Shown here piece by piece: positions 25,345-37,494 of a stretch of 64,000 nucleotides of DNA (position 1 is its first letter; every line of letters begins with the position of its first letter). The notes under the pieces were generated by a model. The model was not told where the DNA came from, searched no databases, and saw nothing but the letters and a program-made list of their open reading frames with translations. The DNA is from Entomortierella parvispora E1425 (lineage: Eukaryota; Fungi; Mortierellomycota). The stretch spans positions 62,001-126,000 of the forward strand of contig BQFW01000010.1 of assembly GCA_020891255.1 (NCBI GenBank). The letters run 5' to 3'. The position numbers and the translations under genes are program-made.

Positions 25345-27832
25345 ATGTCGATGGATCGTCCCGTCCGAGGGAGCTCCCGCTCAAACGACAGCGTCGCACC
25401 CCATCCGCAGGTCGTACTCTCGCCACTGCCCCCGCGTGAGACACACCAGCAGTCTATCGCCAATTATGACCTCTACGAGTCCGACTACCCCACCCAGAGC
25501 CCCCACCCGATCAACTCGCCTTCTTCTTCCGGCCCTGCCTGGCTCAGCAACGGCGGACGATCCAACACTGGTAACAGCATTGGCTCCCCACAGCAGCACC
25601 ACGAGGACACTGCCTCTGGTGGCGACTTCAACCTGAACTTGGGCGCACTCTCTCTGGACGACAACGACACTGCAGGCGCAGACCTCACCTCCTTGCCGCT
25701 CCGATTCTCAGACCCAGAGCCCAAGAAGCCCGTGGAGAGAACCGGCTACGCAGACGATACCCGCTACTCTGGTTCGGATCAGGGACATGCCTCGCCCGCC
25801 ACTGAAGGCTCCTTCGAACCTGGCGTCATTCTTCCCCAGGCAGAAGCACTCTCACCCCAGCAACAACGCATCGGAAGCATGGATTCAACACACTCCACTG
25901 TTCGTGCCTACGCCGCCGCGAACCCCAATGCTGCCACCTATCAGGAGTCTTCCTCTTCCAGTCAGGGAACAGCTGCCGATTATCCCGCTCATTCTGCAGG
26001 ATACGCTGGGCAACCTGCGCAGCCCGGTTATGGACCTGGAGGACAGGACTATGGATATGGCGCCGAGTATTATCCTCAGCAACCGCACTACAGAGGTCCT
26101 CCACAGGCCTATGGACAGTACTCTCAGCAGGACCCTAGATACCAGCAGCAATATGGCGGTTATCAGCAACAGGGCTATGATCAATATGGACAGCCATATG
26201 CAGCCGACTATGGTCAGGATTATTACCAAGACCCCCAAAACCCACAATATAATGGAGGATACGGAGGACAGGGCAATGGGTATGATTATGGCGGCGGATA
26301 CCGCCCACAGGGACCCGGATATGGTCCTCCCCGTCCCTATTACGGTGGAGGGCCTGGAGGACCACCAGGAGCAAATCTCCATGCCTCACCATCTATGCGT
26401 GGTCCTCCTCCAGGCCGTGGTGGACCTCGCCCTATGGGTCCTGGAGGTCCAGTTCCCTATGGTGCTCGCCCCCCTCATCGTGGCGATTCTGGAAGCAGTA
26501 TGGGCCGTGGTGGCGGAGGTCCCGGTCCTGCAGCTGCAGCAGCCTCAGGAGCACCAAGGAAAAGACCCCTTACCATCGAACTCTTGGATGAGATGCGACA
26601 GCGCGCAAGGACCAGCAATGACCCAGCAGCGCAGCTCGAATACGCAAAGGCCCTCATTGAGGCAGCAGTGACGTTTGGAAATGACGACCCTGACCCAAAG
26701 AGGCAGAAGAAGAACAAGGAGGCATTATTCATGGAGGGACTCAAGATCATCAAACGCCTTGCCACCACGGGTATGGGCATTGGCAAACCTGCGTACCCTG
26801 ATGCACAATTCTTCTTGGCCAACTGTTATGGAAATGGATCCCTTGGATTGCAGATTGATCACGACAAGGCCTTCAACTTGTACATGCAGGCTTCAAAACA
26901 GAACCATGCCGCAGCCACATACCGTACTGCTGTCTGTTACGAATTGGGTGCAGGAACCAAGCGAGACCACAGTCGTGCCGTCCAATTTTATAGAAAGGCC
27001 GCATCGCTGGGTGACACTGCAGCCATGTACAAGCTCGGTATGGTCATCCTCAAGGGATTGCTCGGCCAACAGCCTAACCCACGCGAGGCCATTACTTGGC
27101 TGAAGCGTGCCGCTGCCAATGCGGATGAGGATAACCCCCATGCCCTTCACGAGCTGGGTCTCTGCTTCGAAAAGTCTGGAATTCCCACGGTCATTCCGGA
27201 TGAAGCTTATTCACGCGAGTTGTTTACACAAGCTGCAGGATACGGATACGCTCCATCTCAGTTCAAACTCGGTCACTGTTACGAGTACGGAACGCTGACA
27301 TGTCCTGTGGATCCTCGGAGGAGTATTGCCTGGTACACGCGCGCGGCAGAACAGGGCGATGCAGAGTCTGAACTGGGTCTCTCTGGATGGTACTTGACTG
27401 GGTCGGAGGGGGTCTTGAAGCAGAGCGATACGGAAGCCTACCTCTGGGCCAGGAAAGCGGCTGACAAGGGATTGGCACGTGCAGAGTACGCAGTTGGATA
27501 CTATTCAGAGGTATGTTCAATGCAGTCATCATATGCAGGTTTCAGGAAGTTTTTTTTTCTTTCTACAGAATTTGTTTTGATCTTCCATGCTGACATACTG
27601 ACGTTATCATGCACTTTTTTCTTCTTTTTTTCAGGTTGGTATTGGCGTAAAGCAGGATTTGGAGGAAGCAAGACGATGGTACTTGCGATCTGCTGCTCAA
27701 GGTAACGGCCGAGCCAAGAAGCGATTGACGGACATGAAGAAGCTTGGAGCACAAAGACGCGTTCGTCCAGAACGTGGTCGTCAGAACGGAGCAGGCCCAG
27801 GCCCTGAAGATGAAAACTGTAAAGTCATGTAG
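25345..27832 (+). CDS. SKT5: Sel1-like-repeat chitin synthase activator (Skt5/Chs4 family)
   Basis: Exons 25345-27510 and 27635-27832. Multiple SEL1 repeats (AQFFLANCY, AATYRTAVCYELG, AMYKLG, SQFKLGHCYEYG, AEYAVGYYSEVG); spliced C-terminus ends in the CaaX box CKVM. Confidence 0.9.
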
Positions 27833-28220
27833 ATGGCTCCATCGTCTGTCTACTGAGACCCATAGTCACTTTGCTTTTGCTTTTTCTTTTTTACATTTCG
27901 GCAAGACTTTTCGCTCGCCTTGCTCTTCGCTCCTCTTCTCCCTGAATCTTTTGTATCATCAACCATTCCATCGATTACGATTCTACCCCCTCTCTTCATG
28001 CACCCACCTCTAAAGCAATTTCCACTAATAATACCTAACGACCTCATTATGACAAGTCCTTGTATGCAATTGCCGCTGCTGTGTATTTTTCCAGAAAAAA
28101 ACCCGCTTTTATTTCACGATATCATCTGGAATATAGTCCATGGAAAGCAGCTGTCTTTGACCAGTCTTTCTCTTCCTTGGCAGTGATCGCCTTGAGCCCC
28201 TTGATCCAACTCATCTTTTT

Positions 28221-29800
28221 CTACATGTCGTCCAGCGAATTACTCCTCAAAAGCCTGGCATCGCTCTCATAAAAAGAGTCGGCAGTGTATCGATGAACAC
28301 TGAGTTCTTCCTCGCCATCGTCCTCCTCGTCGTCTTCGTCCTTGCTCGGGCCGTAGGGAGACAGATTGAGAGAAAGAGCAGGCTGCTCCGTGTCGTCATG
28401 CTCACCGTCGTCTTCTTCCCCATCGTGATCGTCCAAAGAGTCACTGGCGTATAAATGAAGAGCCGGCTGCTCCTCCTTGTCGTCATCGTTGTCCTCTTCG
28501 CTGCTGCTTGGACAATAAGGAGAACAGGCGAGAAGATATTGCTGTTCTTCATCTGGCTCCTCCTCCTCCTCCTCCTTTTCAGTTCGCCTCCAGAGGTACT
28601 CTCTTTCGGCCACCTGCTCGTCCATCCACAACTGGTGTTTTTCTTGGTCGAAATCGGCCCAAGTGTTCCACCATTTCTCCAGGGCCTCCCGTTGTTCCTC
28701 CTCCTCCTCCATGCGAACGCGCTCCATCTCTTGAGCCTCGCGTTCCTTCCACCATATATGTTGCTCCTCTTGCAACCATAGGCACTGCTCCTCCTCTAGC
28801 TCCTCCAACGCCTCCCGCAGGCGCTCTTGCTCTTCGTACTCGTCCTCCAGCTTGAGCTCCTCCTTCATCCTCCTATCGTGCTCCTCCTCCGGCTCCTCTG
28901 CGGCCTCACGCAAGCACTCGAGTCGCTCAAACTCCTCCTCCAGCTCCAGCTGGTATTCTTATCTGCCTTCAACCTGAGACGTTGTGGTCAAGGAGACAGG
29001 GCTTCGTCAAACTGGGCGTCCTTCCTCTTCTGTGGAACTTGAGGTTGGACTTGAGGCGGGACCATGCTACAGCAGTTATTGAGAATGTGCTTCCTCATCG
29101 TGGACTTGGCACGTTTTCCGGCGGAGCACAAGAGGCTTCTGTACTGTCCATCGATATGTTGCATCCTAACCATGGATGCCGCGAAGCGGTACTCCATCAA
29201 GTGGTTGTGACTTTGCGCCTTTGCACCCCTCGCTGGAACAGGCGTGATGGCGACCACAGAGTGCAACATGGTCGTTTGCTGATATCGATAAAACGGCATC
29301 TCCCTTGCAGTCGATGAAAGGGATGAAAAAAATTCTGTTGGGCGATTTTTTGCCATTTGCGAATACGCCCATATAGGTAGGTGCACTATGGGGTCATGAT
29401 CCTTCATTATCGAAGCGGGAGGTCCTTAAACAACAAGAGCAATAAAAAATATGAACGGTGACATAGGAGGGTTAGCTCAGCTGGTAGAGGTTGAAGGGTA
29501 CATGAGGATCAAAGGCAGCTATACTTACTTGGTAAATCAGCCAATGCTAAGCACCATGTCCGGGCATGACTTGGTCAGGAAGGGTGATGCCACCCATGGT
29601 TACCGCACTGATCTCGGGGATTAAGAGCCCCCCAATCACCCCAATTAATCGGTGTCACGACTTCTTGCTGATCCACTCCATCGTAATCTTGTTGAGATCG
29701 CTCAAGCAGGGCCAAGATAGATATTCTGCATGCGTGTCGATGCGGGGTGCTGAAACTCTAGACCAAGACACCAAGACTAGCGGCTACTACCAGTTTCCAG
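28221..29800 (-). pseudogene. Disrupted copy of uncharacterised gene A (left copy), with an acidic coiled-coil tail
   Basis: Homologous to 37800-38700 (LLIPEISAVTMGGITLPD, WAYSQ, FYRYQQT, MRKHILNNC, VPPQVQPQVP). In-frame TGA/TAG and a frameshift near 28955 connect it to the Glu/Asp-rich ORF 28913-28221. Confidence 0.6.
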
Positions 29801-30110
29801 CTGGATTATGACCGCATTTATTCGGTCTAGAAGAGCATGGTGGTCTATGCGAGGGGGGCAATCAAAGGGTCAGTTTAAGTTCCTTCGAGAGAAAGAAAGA
29901 GGGAGAGAGCAGAGCAGTGGAGAGAGAACAGAAACAGGATCTTTGAAGAGAGTCGACAAGTGCTGCGAAAGGGGAGAAAAGACAACAAAGCAGGCAGTAC
30001 CTGGTCAATACCAGGCTCGAGTTCAGGGACAAGGGAGAAAAAGTGCATGCAGACAATGGAGGTCGGGTCGGAGAGGAAGGGAAACAATAAAAGGGACGCG
30101 CGACGTGATG
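28930..30110. repeat. Left arm of a diverged, about 1.1-kb inverted repeat (partner about 37495-38645)
   Basis: For example, 29808-29900 tgaccgcatttattcggtctagaagagcatggtggtctatgcgagggggg...gggtcagtttaagttccttcgagagaaag aligns to the reverse complement of 37685-37781. Similarity covers non-coding DNA and an intron as well as exons. Confidence 0.85.
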
Positions 30111-30199
30111 GCGGCTCATTACGGGGCGCAGATTTGGTGCAGAGACTCCTGTCCTCCTTCTCATACGTTTGGTTCTCGCATCATGTCCCTACCTGGCAC

Positions 30200-30643
30200 A
30201 TCATGTATACTTCACAAGTCTTTTCAGACCTGGAGAAATATTATGAGTAGATCATCCGCGCTCCATAGTTCAATCATCTCCTCATTCGCCCCGCATCTGC
30301 CCATAGCAAAGTCCGTGTCAAGTGGCTGTAGCTGTTTTTCAAATGGTCCAGGCACACCCTTCCTGTGACAATATTCATGGCTTCTTGAGATCTCGACATG
30401 ACGGGATGATGGGTCTAATTACTATGACACAATCAAAGATTGTAAATTTGGAGCAGACTCACCAAGTCCTTATCTCGCCTGTTCAAAATATGATAGGATA
30501 TCCAGAGTGAACTGTCATCTCTGGTTCGCTTTGCTACGAAGGACAAATCTTTGAAGGTCTTTGACATCATACAATACGAGTGGGGATGCAACTTCGAGTG
30601 TCTGCCTCGTGGTTTTATTTCTATTGATTTCTCCAGACCGAGC
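30200..30643 (-). pseudogene. Decayed third copy of the gene B (nuclease-fold) family
   Basis: Broken frames give RQTLEVASPLVLYDVKDLQRFVLRSKANQR*QFTLDILSY, LKNSYSHLTRTLLW and DDLLIIFLQV, matching B exons 7-8 (LRSLLLYGSKLHQ...NFILGTLSH; LARVLMW; DVDVVFLQII). Confidence 0.55.
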
Positions 30644-31147
30644 CTAGAAAGAGAGAGAGAAAGAGAAAAAAAAAAGAATTATTCACGTCTGTCACGCTGA
30701 GAACTTGGGGGCCAGATTGAACCAAATTCAAACGATAGGTCTTTGACAGCTCGACACGCTTGAAACGATCTCTTTACCTTGGACAGCGGGTGCGTGCTTC
30801 AGTTGTAAATGAATCTAAATGAATCAAAGGAAATTTCCGCCACTTGGTGACAATATCATGTATGAAGACGGCGGATCCTCCCGCTCCTCATATTGCCCTA
30901 AATAAGACACAGGATAGATGGCACGAGTTGCTTGCAGCATAGACTACACCCAATCAGCAAAAGCAATAGATGCCTTTCAACGGTAGGTACTGGTCCTGCC
31001 AAGCTGCAAACGTTCGACAGGCTGCATTCGCGTCCCCTGTGTCAGATCTCGGAAAAGAAATGTGGCGTCAGTATCTGCAGTGGCATCCAAGGGCACCCTT
31101 TTATAACACGCAAATGTGCACACGCAGGCTTTTAACCCTGTGAGACA

Positions 31148-31734
31148 ATATACTCGCCTGGATGCACCCGCCTCTGGCAGACAGTGCACCGCGAAAGGCA
31201 TCACTTCCCGCCTTTGGCAGACAGAAGAGTATGAGGATCAAGTCAGCCAGCATAGAACATGCCATCGTGGCAAACCATCGCACCCTCACTGAGCACATTC
31301 GCAAACTGAAAGCATGGAAAGGGTCCCAGACGACCACCTGCCGGATGAAGGACCTCTTTGTGCTGGCCCCCATGGCGCAGCACACGTTGATGACTCCACC
31401 CCTTCCCGCCTCTGGCAGACAGAAGTGCAAGTGACCTAGAGGATTGAAATATGAATACTCACCTGGATGCACCCGCCTCTGGCAGACAGTACACCGCGAA
31501 AGGCATCACTTCCCGCCTTTGGCAGACAGAAGAGTATGAGGATCAAGTCAGCCAGCATAGAACATGCCATCGTGGCAAACCATCGCACCCTCACTGAGCA
31601 CATTCGCAAACTGAAAGCATGGAAAGGGTCCCAGACGACCACCTGCCGGATGAAGGACCTCTTTGTGCTGGCCCCCATGGCGCAGCACACGTTGATGACT
31701 CCACCCCTTCCCGCCTCTGGCAGACAGAAGTGCA
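31148..31734. repeat. Near-identical 305-bp direct tandem duplication with three internal 18-bp subrepeats per unit
   Basis: Units 31148-31429 and 31453-31734. cccgcct(c/t)tggcagacag occurs at 31167, 31207, 31405, 31472, 31512 and 31710 (exact 305-bp period). Confidence 0.95.
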
Positions 31735-32045
31735 GGAGAAAGCGTAATATTTCGTGTGTTGGCGATGATGAAATAGAGTCTTACCTGAATAATTCTTGAC
31801 AGGAAGATGGAGCGGGCAGCCATGCACATGTTACATCATGTAAATTATCAAGTCACGTGCGACGATATCTCGGTGTGTGAGTCTCGTGACCAGACAACCC
31901 CTTTTTGCCACCGTTGTAGCTTTTGCCATGCCACCACCACGCTCTCCTGCCCTTCTTTCTTCAATCACTCCCTCACAAGAACTTGAAACTGACCGCCAGA
32001 GAAGCTCCAATATCCCTACACAAACTAACAAAACGACAACAAATC

Positions 32046-34447
32046 ATGTCTACATATATCGGTATTCCAGAGTACAGAGGAGCATTCATGGGCTTGGACT
32101 CCGCCCTTTCTCCCTCGTCATACTTTTCGACGATAAAAATTGACAAATGGAGTTTGCACCACTTCTTGGGCCTGTTCAGCGATGAGGAAGTTTTCATGGA
32201 AGGGCTCTCAGCAATCAGCCAAAACAAAAAAATCGACGTAACCATCAGGTCTTTCGCATCGAGTCTTTACTCCCACTACAGTGGGCCTTTGGGCTCTTCG
32301 CGTCGAAACCTGAGCAGAAAGGTTGCGGCCAATGCTATCAAGCGTGCATCTGTTACCCAGACACATTTGTCAGTCGCGTTGACGTATGAGGAGGTATGGT
32401 CTCTTCTAGATTCTCCTTCAGCATGGAAATGACTGCTGCCAATCTTTTTTTACTGAACTCAATCTCCGGCTACTGTACGATTGACCGTAGGCACTTGTCG
32501 AGCAAGAAGGAGTCGTCGCGAATGAACCCTCTCAAGGAAATAACGTACTTCCTGAGGCCCCTGAGGTCCAGCATTCTGAGGCTAGCGAGCGGCCCATGGA
32601 GAATAACACACCTGACAAGTCCCCTTCTGGTGAGTAAGCTTGCAGAACATCGCTTGATGTCTGCTAATGGCCGCGAATGATATTCTCATAAACTCGTGAT
32701 TGCCTTCCTTTTCCTCTTCTTAGCCACCAAACTCGGAAAGCGACGCCGAATCCAGGAGGATGAGCCTGCCGACTGTACGCGCTGATAATGTTGTAATGTT
32801 TTGGTTCACGTCGAATTCAAATCCAAGTGCTCATCCTCTTCTCTTCCTTTCTGCTGCCTACTAGACGAGCGGCCTACGATGGGATCTGGTGGTCCTTTTC
32901 AACCATGCGTAATGTTCTTAAACGTCTTTTTTTCGTGTCACCTTGAACGAGCAGTATCAGACACTGATTTTTTTTTTTTTTTTTTTTTGGCAACGCTAGA
33001 ATGAAGACGAAGTGACTTTGCAGGAAGAAGATCCTATCGGACTCGCACAATCGGTCCCCGGTGTTCAGATGAACATCATCTTTGACATGGAGGATTACGC
33101 CTTCATGGCCACCTCGGATGGAGTTGATTTTGGCGAAGAGTTCACCGACTATTACGAACACTGTCAGCCATTGCGATATGACGCTCACAATCTCCCAGAC
33201 TTCGTGTAGGTTGTCGACTTGTCACCCACTCAGCTTACGGTATTTCATCCCCTACTTTAATCACAAATGCTCATTCTGCCCTCTTATGATATCAAAAACT
33301 AGCGCCTTGTCCGGAATCCTTTTTCTGGACGATAGACCTACCTCCCTCCAAAAAAAGTGCTTTGGAGCAAAATATGATCGCCTCCTTGATCTTTTCGACT
33401 CACGGGTCAAGTATCCAACTCCAGACGAAGTTAAGGATGCCATTCAAGTATGCCGAGATGCCAAGGACGTATGTATTTTCGGATTCTTGAGTAGTATGAG
33501 TGTATGAGTGAAACTCCGCAAAATGAACAATTACTGACTTTTTACTGTCTTCATACCCCCCCCCCCAGGCTTACCAAAAGGCATCGTTGTCGCCACGGCG
33601 TGGCGTCAAGTGCGGAAGGGATTCAATGCAAGAAGCACTGGAGAAGACACCGAGGAATGCATTGCGATCCCTTTTGCTTTATGGCTCGAAACTGCATCAA
33701 CAGTGTTCACCTCTGAGTGAGACGGACCAAACGAGTAACTTCATCCTGGGAACTTTATCCCATATTTTCGATCGCCCTGACGAGACAAGGCTCGCACAGT
33801 AGGTTTTATCGTATCCAAAGAAGGCCTCGCTCTAATTGATCAACCAGGTTTATCTTCAGTTGCTCAACGATTTTTTTCTGTTCTTCCAATTTCGCTCGCA
33901 CAGCACGGCCAGCGCTCCGGTGACAGGGTCCGTGCTCCTGCGTGTGTACTTTGATGTGGGCCAATTGCCTCGACACCCGGATGTGATTGTGAAATATCAA
34001 GAAAAAGTTGATATCGGTGTCGGCGAGGTTAGTCTCTCGGCTTCCTTCCAGAAGGACCAAGGTGATCTTGCACGAGTCTTGATGTGGAGCAAGCGCGCGG
34101 CCGACGAGATCGCTACTCGTTACGAGAATGTAGAAGACGTGGATGTTGTATTTCTTCAAATCATTGGTCAGAAATGCGACGCCTACCTTTTGCATCGAAT
34201 CGGGACTGTCTGCGTGGCCGCCAGGATCTGTACCATGAAGATCCTCTATACGCTGTCCGATGCTCTTTCTTTCGAAGATGAGGTCATCCAGTGGATCACA
34301 CTGGAAAAGACTTTCAGCCACACCGCCACGACCCTCAATGGCGCCACACATCGACGAGAGGATACCGCACCTCCGTCATGCTTTGTTGGTTTGAAGACGC
34401 CACGCTCACGCAATATGTCGACCGATGCCAACAAGGATAGACTGTAG
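32046..34447 (+). CDS. Gene B: 8-exon protein with KRRR NLS-like motif and C-terminal PD-(D/E)xK restriction-endonuclease-like fold
   Basis: Exon 1 is 32046-32393 (348 nt), last exon 33904-34447; the spliced frame is open throughout. C-terminal LPRHPDVIVKYQEKVDIGVGEVS...KDQGDLARVLMWSKRAAD...VFLQIIG. Confidence 0.7.
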
Positions 34448-34754
34448 CTTGATCCACTGACAGCTTCGAATTGGCGACTCTGCCTTACCACCCCCAACTG
34501 TGTATTGCGTATCTGTAAAATAAAAAACCAACATTATTACAGAGATGACGTTTTGATCAAAGGTCTGAGCTTTGGCAAAAAGGAGACATCTCTCGTTGTC
34601 GGTGCAACTGTCTGACTAATAATCATCTGATCCACGTCGAGACAGTCTGCAATTGGGAACGGGTACTGCCATCGGCAGAAACATCGATTGGAGTAGCGGT
34701 TGTATATTGTCATTTTTCAGGGAACAAGCTGTCTCGCCTTCTTGCCAACCCTTT

Positions 34755-34788
<34 letters not shown>

Positions 34789-34804
34789 CATGCAGCCTCG
34801 GCCA

Positions 34805-37145
34805 CTATTGGCGCCTCTTTTTATTATTGAGTGAGCGTGGTGTGGCCAACTCAGGAAAGCAGGGAAAGGGTGTCCGTGCCGGGTCTGATTCTCGGTGCTT
34901 GGCCTTGCTCAGTACGCTCACTGTGCCGTTGAGTGTTTTTTCAAGCATGAGCCAAGTCGGAACATGGTCCTCAAAGGACAATGCATCGGACAATGTATAC
35001 AGTATGTCCATAGAACCGATCTTCGTAGCAACGCAAACAGTGCCCGCTCGACACATGACATACAAGTTACAGGTCTGACCAATGACCTGAATGAATAAAA
35101 TGTTGATGTCGTCCACCTCCTTGAAAGAGGCTGCAACATTATCCGCTGCACGTTTACTCCACAGCAACATCCGTGCTAAGTCGCCTTGATCTTTTACAAA
35201 TAAAGGGCAGGAGCTGACCCCGCCAATACCAATATTAACAATTTCTTGGTATCGAATCATAATATCTGGACAACGGGGTAAATGCCCTAATTCGAAACAC
35301 GCTGGCACAGGAACGGTCTCAGTGAGAGAAACATTGGCCGTGCTATGTACGAGAAATTGAAAGAATAGGAACGTAAACAGGTGAGCATGAAAGAATACAG
35401 GAAAAAGTGAGGATAAGATAATATGGTTAATATGTTCATCAGACCATCGCGGTTGATAGGTTCAATTGAATCAGGTACGCCCAAACTTACTGAACAACCC
35501 TTGTTTCATCAACCTTGTTCATGATATGAGATAGGGTTCCCAGGACAAAGCGGCTCGTCTGATCAGTCTTACTAAGCGGAACACATCTCTGATGAAGCTG
35601 AGCACCATATAATAGGAGAGAGCGAAGAGTGCTTTTTGGAGCCATCTCCAGTATCTCCTCCATCGCTGCTCGTCCCTGCTTTACACTGGACCGTGACAAA
35701 GATGTCTTTCTATATGCCTAAAGAAAAAAAAAAGAGTAATGGAGCACGTCAGTGCTCCACGCCATCGATGAATATAAGTATTCGCTCGCCAAATTGCACA
35801 ATTGTCAAAACAGTACATCTTTAGCATCTCGACAAATTTGGACCGCCTCCATAACTTCACCCGACGTTGGGCGCTTTACTCGTGAGTCAATAAGACGGAG
35901 AAGTTGTTGGTACTTAGTACCAAAATAAGCCTTTTGTAATGATGTCGGCCGATCCTCCAGAAAAAGTACTCCTGATAATGCACTAAAATCACAAAAGTGC
36001 AGGATATACGGATATACTGTTAGAGCCACAGTAGCATGAGCTACAGCCAGCAAGCTGAAGAGCAACTTACACAAAATCGGCAAGGTTGTTATGGTCATAG
36101 ATCAGCGATTTGCAGTGCTCGTAGTAGGCAGTAAACTCCTCGCCAAAATCTACCTCGCCCAAAGTGGCCGTAAATGCATAGTCTTCTATATCAAACATAG
36201 CATTCATTCGAACGCCTTCGACCGACTGCGCTAGTGTGACAGGATCATCGTCCTCTGACAGCTCTCGACCATCCTATATTTAGAAAGAAGGAAGATATTT
36301 GGTGAGTTGGCAGCGCAATGTGTTTGACTGAAGTGGGTACTGGCAACTACCTTAATCTGCTCGGCTAGTAGACGACAGAAAAGACGAAGCAAAGAGTGCG
36401 TAAGTGGAAATGGTCTTAGCCATTGCAGGCATCTGTCATTATAAATGAGCGCATACTGTTGACACCGCCTTCGATGCTGCGGCGTCGCTTGCCGTGCTTC
36501 GCGCCTAACAAAGAAAAGAAAGATGTGTTGGTATACTCCACCATGCTCGATGAGAAAACAAACTTCAAGAGATGTTCCTGCAGTTGACTAACTGGTAGCT
36601 GACTCCTTTGGAGGGTTGATCTCTTTCTGTTTCTCGACTACCCCTATCCCACGAGCGGACGAAAGTGCCTCATTGTAAATAGGTGTGGCATGCTGACGCG
36701 CAATTGCTTCCTCCTGCGCGACAAGCGTCTACGATATAAACAAAGGAGTCAGTATGAACTTTTCAATCCTCAAAAGCACTGGACAGTCAAGGTGTACCTC
36801 TTCGTAGGTTAACGCTGACGAGACGTGAGTTTGAAGGACAATTGACCTTTTGATGGAGTTGGTGGCCATCCTTCTACATAGATTTCGGCGTAATGAACCC
36901 AAGGGTCCATTGTAATAAGCGTGTAGAGCGGATGAGAATGCTCGAATTCCCACGTCAATCTTCTTGTTTTTGCGGATTTTTAAGAGACCCTCGAAGAAGA
37001 TGTCGTCGTCATCCTGGACACAAAAGAAGTTTTCTAAAGACCATTTGGAAATTGCTGTTCGTGTAAAGTAAGATGATGGAGCAAAAGTTGCATTCAGGAA
37101 AGTGGAGGTTCCTGTGTACTCAGGGATGGAATTAATTGTTGACAT
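34805..37145 (-). CDS. Gene B': convergent paralog of gene B
   Basis: Exon 1 is 37145-36798 (also 348 nt); same intron positions/phases; 14-nt microexon 36364-36351. Shared motifs PSSYF, GKRRR, DFGEEFT.YYEHC, LFL.DRPTSLQK, LRSLLLYG, PD, KDQGDLAR, ILYTLSDALSFED. Confidence 0.7.
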
Positions 37146-37494
37146 TATGACATTAAATAAAGGGTGTGGTTCGAATGGCTGGAAAAGGTGGAGGAAAAAA
37201 AATCAGCAGGCGCGTGCTGCGCTCTTGACGCGTTGAACAATGAAGAGACAAGCCACCATTTTCAGTGCATCGCGCAAGATTGCGGTGGGCGAGGTAAGCC
37301 CTTCTCCTCTCTGTTTCTTCCCCTTTCTTCCTGAGTATCACCGATCAAACGCGTATTGTCAGGGCCCCAAAGGAGGAATCAGTGCCAGTACCCTGTCTTC
37401 ATTAAAATCAGGCTGCAGCCAAACCTCCCCTACCCTTCGAGTTGAAAAGTAGAGGCGAAGACTGCAGGCAAAGAAAGACAAAAAGAAATGGGGC

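Noticed and set aside
29466-29490. tRNA-like 5' half GGAGGGTTAGCTCAGCTGGTAGAGG
   Set aside because: No anticodon stem, T-arm or acceptor pairing follows. It is the antisense of an intron branch region of gene A, and the paralogous arm has lost the match.
31167-31727. Six 18-bp repeats as a CRISPR-like array
   Set aside because: Spacers are irregular (about 22, 180 and 49 bp) and themselves duplicated; no cas genes; eukaryotic context. Explained by tandem duplication.
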